Shown here piece after piece: positions 59,261-64,000 of a stretch of 64,000 bases of DNA. Within the stretch, counting starts at the first letter, position 1. The number at the start of each line of letters is the position of its first letter. The notes beneath the pieces are model-generated. The model was not told the origin of the DNA and ran no database searches. It was given only the letters and a program-made list of their open reading frames with translations. A program made the position numbers and the translations under genes. This stretch comes from Candidatus Margulisiibacteriota bacterium (GTDB lineage: Bacteria; Margulisbacteria; Marinamargulisbacteria; JBFWNS01): positions 130,102-194,101 of the forward strand of contig JBFWNS010000001.1 of the NCBI GenBank assembly GCA_050250935.1. Direction: 5' to 3'.

Positions 59261-60243
59261 GTGGTTTTTTCCAGCCACAAATAGTCGGCTTTGAGAACCA
59301 CTCGCCAGAGCCCTGGCAGGTCCAAGCCAATGGATTGATCGGTTTGAATCAGCTGCATCAACGTGTCGATATGGCCGGCGCTGACCACTTGTTCTGCCCC
59401 CAGTTCCGCCCGCTGTTGAGCTTGGGATAAAAAGCGCCACAACACATGGCTTAAAATGGGTTTTGGAAGGGGTTTTAGTAGGGCAAAGGGCACCGAAAAG
59501 CCCGTCTCGCAGGTCATGAATCTGGCCAAAATTGGAGCGGCTTGTTCTTCCCAGTACTGGGCCTTTTCTTGGGCTGTTGCCGCGGCCTTCAACAGTGTCT
59601 CTTCGAAAGTCGGGTTGATGCTGGACAGTAGGGGCAGAACTTGATGTCGGATTTTGTTGCGCAAAAAAGTTGGCTCGAGATTGGTTGTATCGGTTACAAA
59701 GCCCATTTTTTGTTTTGCCAAAAACCCCAGAATCTCGGCTTTTCTGAGGCCTAAAAGGGGTCGGTGCAGAGTCAGGCCATCGCCCAAATCGGAAGCCGGG
59801 GTGATGCCGGCCCAGCCGCTGCCCGTCCCCCGAATCCATTGCAGCAAGAGGGTTTCGATGTGGTCATCGCGGTGATGGCCAGTCAAAACATGGGCAATGC
59901 CCTGGGATTTTGCCAGGGTTTTTAGGGCTTTTCTTCGTAAATGATGTCCTGCCTCTTCCACAGACATTCCGGTTTCGGCTGCGGTTTGTTGGATAGGCAA
60001 AGACTGTTGGACCAAAACAACATCCAGCGCTTGGGCACAGGCTGTTACGATCGCTTTTTCTGCTGCCAAAACCTCGGGGGCTCGCAGACCATGGTCGAAA
60101 TACACGGCCCTCTTTGTTCCAGTAAAAAAAGTGGCAACTTGGTGAAGTAAAAATGTACTGTCCGGCCCGCCTGAAAATGCGACCAAAACGGCGTCGGTTG
60201 ACGACAGGCTTTCAAACCGAACCTTGGGGTGGAGGGGACTCAC
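59233..60243 (-). CDS. tilS: tRNA(Ile)-lysidine synthetase
   Basis: PP-loop SGGPDS near the N-terminus; size and pattern fit TilS; overlaps argS. Confidence 0.8.
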   Translation of the reverse strand: MSPLHPKVRFESLSSTDAVLVAFSGGPDSTFLLHQVATFFTGTKRAVYFDHGLRAPEVLAAEKAIVTACAQALDVVLVQQSLPIQQTAAETGMSVEEAGHHLRRKALKTLAKSQGIAHVLTGHHRDDHIETLLLQWIRGTGSGWAGITPASDLGDGLTLHRPLLGLRKAEILGFLAKQKMGFVTDTTNLEPTFLRNKIRHQVLPLLSSINPTFEETLLKAAATAQEKAQYWEEQAAPILARFMTCETGFSVPFALLKPLPKPILSHVLWRFLSQAQQRAELGAEQVVSAGHIDTLMQLIQTDQSIGLDLPGLWRVVLKADYLWLEKTTYRRRRALR

Positions 60244-61790
60244 ATTTCTTGGGGTGCAGTTATGCCCAGAATATGCAAAAGCTGGGCCAACATGGTTTGG
60301 GTTTTTTCCAAAATCACCAGGCGGGGGGCTTGTTGTTCGGGAGGGGCTTTTAGCAAGGGGCAGGTTTCATAAAAGGCATGAAACAGTTTTGCGGTTTCCA
60401 AGGCCGCTTGGGCCACCCGATGCGGGGCCATTTGATGGGCAAAATCCCAGAGATCGTTGGGCAGTTGAATCCAGTTTAAGAGCAGGGCCCTTTCGGCTTT
60501 TTCCAAGGTGGTTGGGGCTTCTGCTTTGGGCAAGGTAGCCGACACTTCGGCCAATTTTTTAAGAATGCCACAGAGTCTGGCGTGGGCATATTGAATGGTA
60601 AAAACTGGGTTTTCGTTGGTTTTTTTGGCGGCCAGTTCCACATCAAAATCCATGTGGGTATCAGGGCTTTTTTGAATCAAGAAATAGCGGATGGCATCGG
60701 AACCCACTTCTTCGATTACCTCGTCAAAGGTCACCATTTCGCCAGTTCGTTTGGACATGCGAAACGGCTCTCCGCCCCGCACCAGGCTGACCAATTGGCC
60801 AATTAAAACCACCAATTCTTGGGGTTTTTCGGCTTCGGAAACGGCCTCGACGGCGGCTTTGACCCGGGCCACATAGCCATGGTGGTCGGCGCCCCAGATG
60901 TTGATAAGACGATCATAGCCCCGGGACAATTTGTCTCGGTGATAGGCAATGTCCACCAAGAAATAGGTGTAGGCACCATCGGCTTTAACCAAGACCCGGT
61001 CTTTTTCGTCGCCAAAGGCTGTGGATTTAAACCATAACGCCCCGTCTTGGGTATAGCTGAGGTCTTTTTGAGCCAAGAGCCTTAACACCCCATCGATGGC
61101 TTGGTTTTGATATAAAGTTTTTTCGGAGAACCACCGATCGAACGCCACCCCCACCGAGGCCAGGGTTCGGCGATGGGCTTCGAGATTGGCTTGGAGCGGG
61201 TCGGCATCCGAAGCGGCTAAATCGTGGATATAAGCGCCTTGATAGCCCCCTTCTGGAACGGGCTTTCCTTCGCGAACTGCAGCCACACTCTCATAAAATT
61301 TTTGAATCTGATTACCGGCATCGTTGATGTAAAACTCGGTGGACACCGGTTGGCCCACAAAGCGCAATAACTGGGCCAAAGCACTGCCCAAAACCGCCCA
61401 CCGGCCATGCCCAATGTGCAAAGGACCTGTGGGGTTGGCCGATACATATTCAAGCAAGGTGGTCGCCGTTGTTTTGGGAAAGGTTAGGGTGACTTGGTCT
61501 GCGGCTTTCCATATCCAAGCATCGCTCAGTTTGAGATTCAAAAACCCATTCAAGGCTTCAAACCGAAGGCCTTGGGATTCCCATTCAGCATTCAAAATGC
61601 CAGCAAAGTCTTCGGCAATTTGTTTGGGAGCTTTGCGCAGGGTTTTGGCCAATTGAAACGCGACATTGGTGGCAAAATCCCCATGGTCACTGTGGGCTGG
61701 GACATCCATCACAATGGGAACCGGCAACACGATATTTGCTTGGGCCAAGGTTGTTTTAATTTGATCGGCCAATACCTGTCTAATGAGCAT
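60240..61790 (-). CDS. argS: Arginyl-tRNA synthetase
   Basis: 516 aa; class I HIGH-type motif (PTGPLHIGHGR), anticodon-binding C-terminal domain. Confidence 0.9.
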   Translation of the reverse strand: MLIRQVLADQIKTTLAQANIVLPVPIVMDVPAHSDHGDFATNVAFQLAKTLRKAPKQIAEDFAGILNAEWESQGLRFEALNGFLNLKLSDAWIWKAADQVTLTFPKTTATTLLEYVSANPTGPLHIGHGRWAVLGSALAQLLRFVGQPVSTEFYINDAGNQIQKFYESVAAVREGKPVPEGGYQGAYIHDLAASDADPLQANLEAHRRTLASVGVAFDRWFSEKTLYQNQAIDGVLRLLAQKDLSYTQDGALWFKSTAFGDEKDRVLVKADGAYTYFLVDIAYHRDKLSRGYDRLINIWGADHHGYVARVKAAVEAVSEAEKPQELVVLIGQLVSLVRGGEPFRMSKRTGEMVTFDEVIEEVGSDAIRYFLIQKSPDTHMDFDVELAAKKTNENPVFTIQYAHARLCGILKKLAEVSATLPKAEAPTTLEKAERALLLNWIQLPNDLWDFAHQMAPHRVAQAALETAKLFHAFYETCPLLKAPPEQQAPRLVILEKTQTMLAQLLHILGITAPQEM

Positions 61791-61792
61791 GG

Positions 61793-63484
61793 TTATTCTT
61801 TTACCCCATCCATCATTTTTTTCACAGGGGGGGTTTTGGACAAGAGGGCCAAAAACTCGGCCCGGGTAATGGGGGTTTTGGGGTTAAACACAGGACCAGG
61901 CGCAATAAGACCGGCATTGAGTGCGGCTTGTAAATAGGGTCTAGACCAATGGTGACGGGGAACATCTCGGTAGGGTAAGCGAATTTTTGGAGCATCGGGA
62001 AGGGGAAGGCCCAACCATTTCACCACAGCGGCAACCGCTTCTGCTCGGGCAACCGGTAAAACGGCTTCCCACTCTTGAAGGGGTTGCAAGGGCACTGGAC
62101 CCGTTTGGGTATATTGCCCCAAAGCCTGCATCCACGCCATTAAATCGCGCTTTAACACCAGCGATTTGGGCTCGAAGTGTGCTTGATCGGGAACAATGCC
62201 CACACCACGGAACAATACCGCCACCGATTCGACCCAGTGTCCTTTCATATCCTCGAAAGGAACCAGCCGGACTACGTTGACAGTAACAACCCCACCCTCT
62301 GCTGCCAGCCAAAGGGTGTTGGGGCCTGTTTCAAGCGGGACTGAAGTGGTTAGCTGAGCGTTAAACGTCGCCACCCAAGCACCCAAAGACGCCGTCCCCT
62401 GGCTTCCTTTTGGAACCCGAAAGGTCACGGAAACGGTTGGGGATAGGGTATAGGCAGGGGCTTCGATTCGGCTTCCTTTTTTTGAGGGGGCTAGGGCGGC
62501 AACATAGGCAAAGGCTGCTTCGTTAACCGATGCTACCGAATCCGTTGGCAATATCATTAAGGGCTTGGCCAGGGCCACAAAGGTCGGTTGCTTGGACAGA
62601 GCCAACACCAGATCCGCAACGGTGATGGTGTCGGTAGGGGCCTTCATGGCCGATTCAGAAATGACCCCTTGCTTGTAGGCCCAGACCATCAGACGCTGAT
62701 ACCAAGCCCCACTTGCTTTTGGCAAAGACTGCTGGTCTGGGGGGGCTTTTCGCCACAGGGCTATGACCATATCCAACCGTGTCGCGGGTTGTTTTTCTCC
62801 AAAATCTCCTTGGGTATTGTTCCCCATCCACCCCTGTTTTTGAACGTAGCGCACAGCATCTTTGGGGTCTGGGCGATGACGGTTATCTGGCACATTTTCC
62901 AATTGATAAAACGCATAGGCCAACATTTCTCGGGTAATGGGCGTGGTCAGATCGGTTACCCCAGGATGAAACAGCGGCAATTTAAGCAAAGCAATAAGGG
63001 CATCTCGGTTCGCCGTTGGGTAGGCCGCAATGGACAATCCCGGAACCAACTGGTACACCCGAAGCACGGTGTGCCACAACCGGTTTTCACCAACGACTGC
63101 ACTCACCCAAATGGTGTTCATGCCCGGCGCTGACAAGGGCATATCCAGCACAAACCGTCCGTCGTTTCGAACCGATACGGATTGATTATTCACAAAAACA
63201 GGTCGCACAAACGGGTTGGTTCCTTTTAATAAGAAAGTAGGTTTGGTCGTTAAAAAAACGGTAGAGGGACTGTGCAGCAAAATCCCCTCTTGGGTTGTCG
63301 TGGTCCGGGGTTTCGCTGCTTCAGGTTGAACCAAAATAGGGACTTCGACGGCCTCGGCTTCAGCCTCTGTGGCCACCTGAACCTCTTGCTGGGGCGGACG
63401 TTGACCAAAGGCCATCACCAAGGGATGCCCGCCAACAAGTCCCAGTCCAACCAACATCGCTATTAGCAATTTTTTGTGTCTCAA
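61793..63484 (-). CDS. Secreted protein with SLH (S-layer homology)-like modules
   Basis: Signal peptide; C-terminal YRDVPRHHWSRPYLQAALNAGLIAPGPVFNPKTPITRAEFLALL matches the SLH pattern; weaker SLH-like segments internally. Confidence 0.6.
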   Translation of the reverse strand: MRHKKLLIAMLVGLGLVGGHPLVMAFGQRPPQQEVQVATEAEAEAVEVPILVQPEAAKPRTTTTQEGILLHSPSTVFLTTKPTFLLKGTNPFVRPVFVNNQSVSVRNDGRFVLDMPLSAPGMNTIWVSAVVGENRLWHTVLRVYQLVPGLSIAAYPTANRDALIALLKLPLFHPGVTDLTTPITREMLAYAFYQLENVPDNRHRPDPKDAVRYVQKQGWMGNNTQGDFGEKQPATRLDMVIALWRKAPPDQQSLPKASGAWYQRLMVWAYKQGVISESAMKAPTDTITVADLVLALSKQPTFVALAKPLMILPTDSVASVNEAAFAYVAALAPSKKGSRIEAPAYTLSPTVSVTFRVPKGSQGTASLGAWVATFNAQLTTSVPLETGPNTLWLAAEGGVVTVNVVRLVPFEDMKGHWVESVAVLFRGVGIVPDQAHFEPKSLVLKRDLMAWMQALGQYTQTGPVPLQPLQEWEAVLPVARAEAVAAVVKWLGLPLPDAPKIRLPYRDVPRHHWSRPYLQAALNAGLIAPGPVFNPKTPITRAEFLALLSKTPPVKKMMDGVKE

Positions 63485-63495
63485 TGGATTACCCT

Positions 63496-63571
<76 letters not shown>

Positions 63572-63686
63572 CGTTTTTTGTCTATATTTGCAAGAAAGGG
63601 TAGTTTATTATACGCGCAGTTCATGGTCAAATTGCGGTAAATCTTGTGGAACAAAGTCCCATACTTCTCGGTCTTCTAGGAAAGCT

Positions 63687-64000
63687 ATGAAATATCTCAG
63701 TCTCTTTTTATGCCTTTTAGTGGGATGGACCTCGACCTCTTGTGCGGTTGGATTGGAAGACTGTGTTCAATTGGGTTTTACCAAAAATCCCAGCGTATTG
63801 GCCCAGAAAGAATCGTTGGAATCCGCAGCCCTGCAAGTCAAATTGGCCCAGGCCGATTATGGCCCTAGCTTGGGGCTTGGGGGATCTGTTTCTCAAGGGT
63901 TTTCACCCAATACCAACACCAGCTACGATGCAGGGCTTTCCCTGTCCCAAAAATTGCTGCCTATGGTGGTTAGCCAACCCGAAGTCAAGCAAGCCCAAGC
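63687..64000 (+). CDS. TolC-family outer-membrane efflux protein, N-terminal fragment (continues beyond window end)
   Basis: ATG 63687; signal peptide; LEDCVQLGFTKNPSVLAQKESLESAALQVKLAQADYGPSL matches the TolC/OEP N-terminal repeat pattern; ORF open to the edge. Confidence 0.6.
   Translation, partial: MKYLSLFLCLLVGWTSTSCAVGLEDCVQLGFTKNPSVLAQKESLESAALQVKLAQADYGPSLGLGGSVSQGFSPNTNTSYDAGLSLSQKLLPMVVSQPEVKQAQ

Overview
Bacterial chromosomal segment, densely coded on both strands with about 65 protein genes, one tRNA and no rRNA. The backbone is diderm housekeeping: lipid A genes lpxB and lpxC, a TonB-dependent receptor, a TolC-like gene at the right edge, ftsEX, rseP, clpSA, mfd, pcrA, nrdAB, glyA, serS, argS, tilS, tkt, ilvD and shikimate genes aroB/aroQ. 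Accessory content worth a second look: (1) a minus-strand operon at the left edge encoding a protein with a type IX secretion (T9SS)-style C-terminal sorting domain, an outer-membrane beta-barrel and a giant repeat protein that runs off the window; (2) a cobalamin riboswitch in front of a BtuB-like receptor that is translationally coupled to a stand-alone protein resembling the B12-binding and reactivation domains of methionine synthase; (3) a mosaic family of palindromic repeats filling three convergent intergenic regions; (4) an ankyrin-motif protein converging on a PIN-PhoH (PhoH2) gene and a DUF2157-like membrane protein; (5) a RelE/ParE-Phd type II toxin-antitoxin pair beside three small unknown ORFs; (6) an Mfd about 450 aa shorter than the canonical protein; (7) a secreted SLH-domain protein. 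All calls rest on reading the six-frame translations and the DNA by eye; no database search, HMM scan or folding was run, and GC content was not computed.
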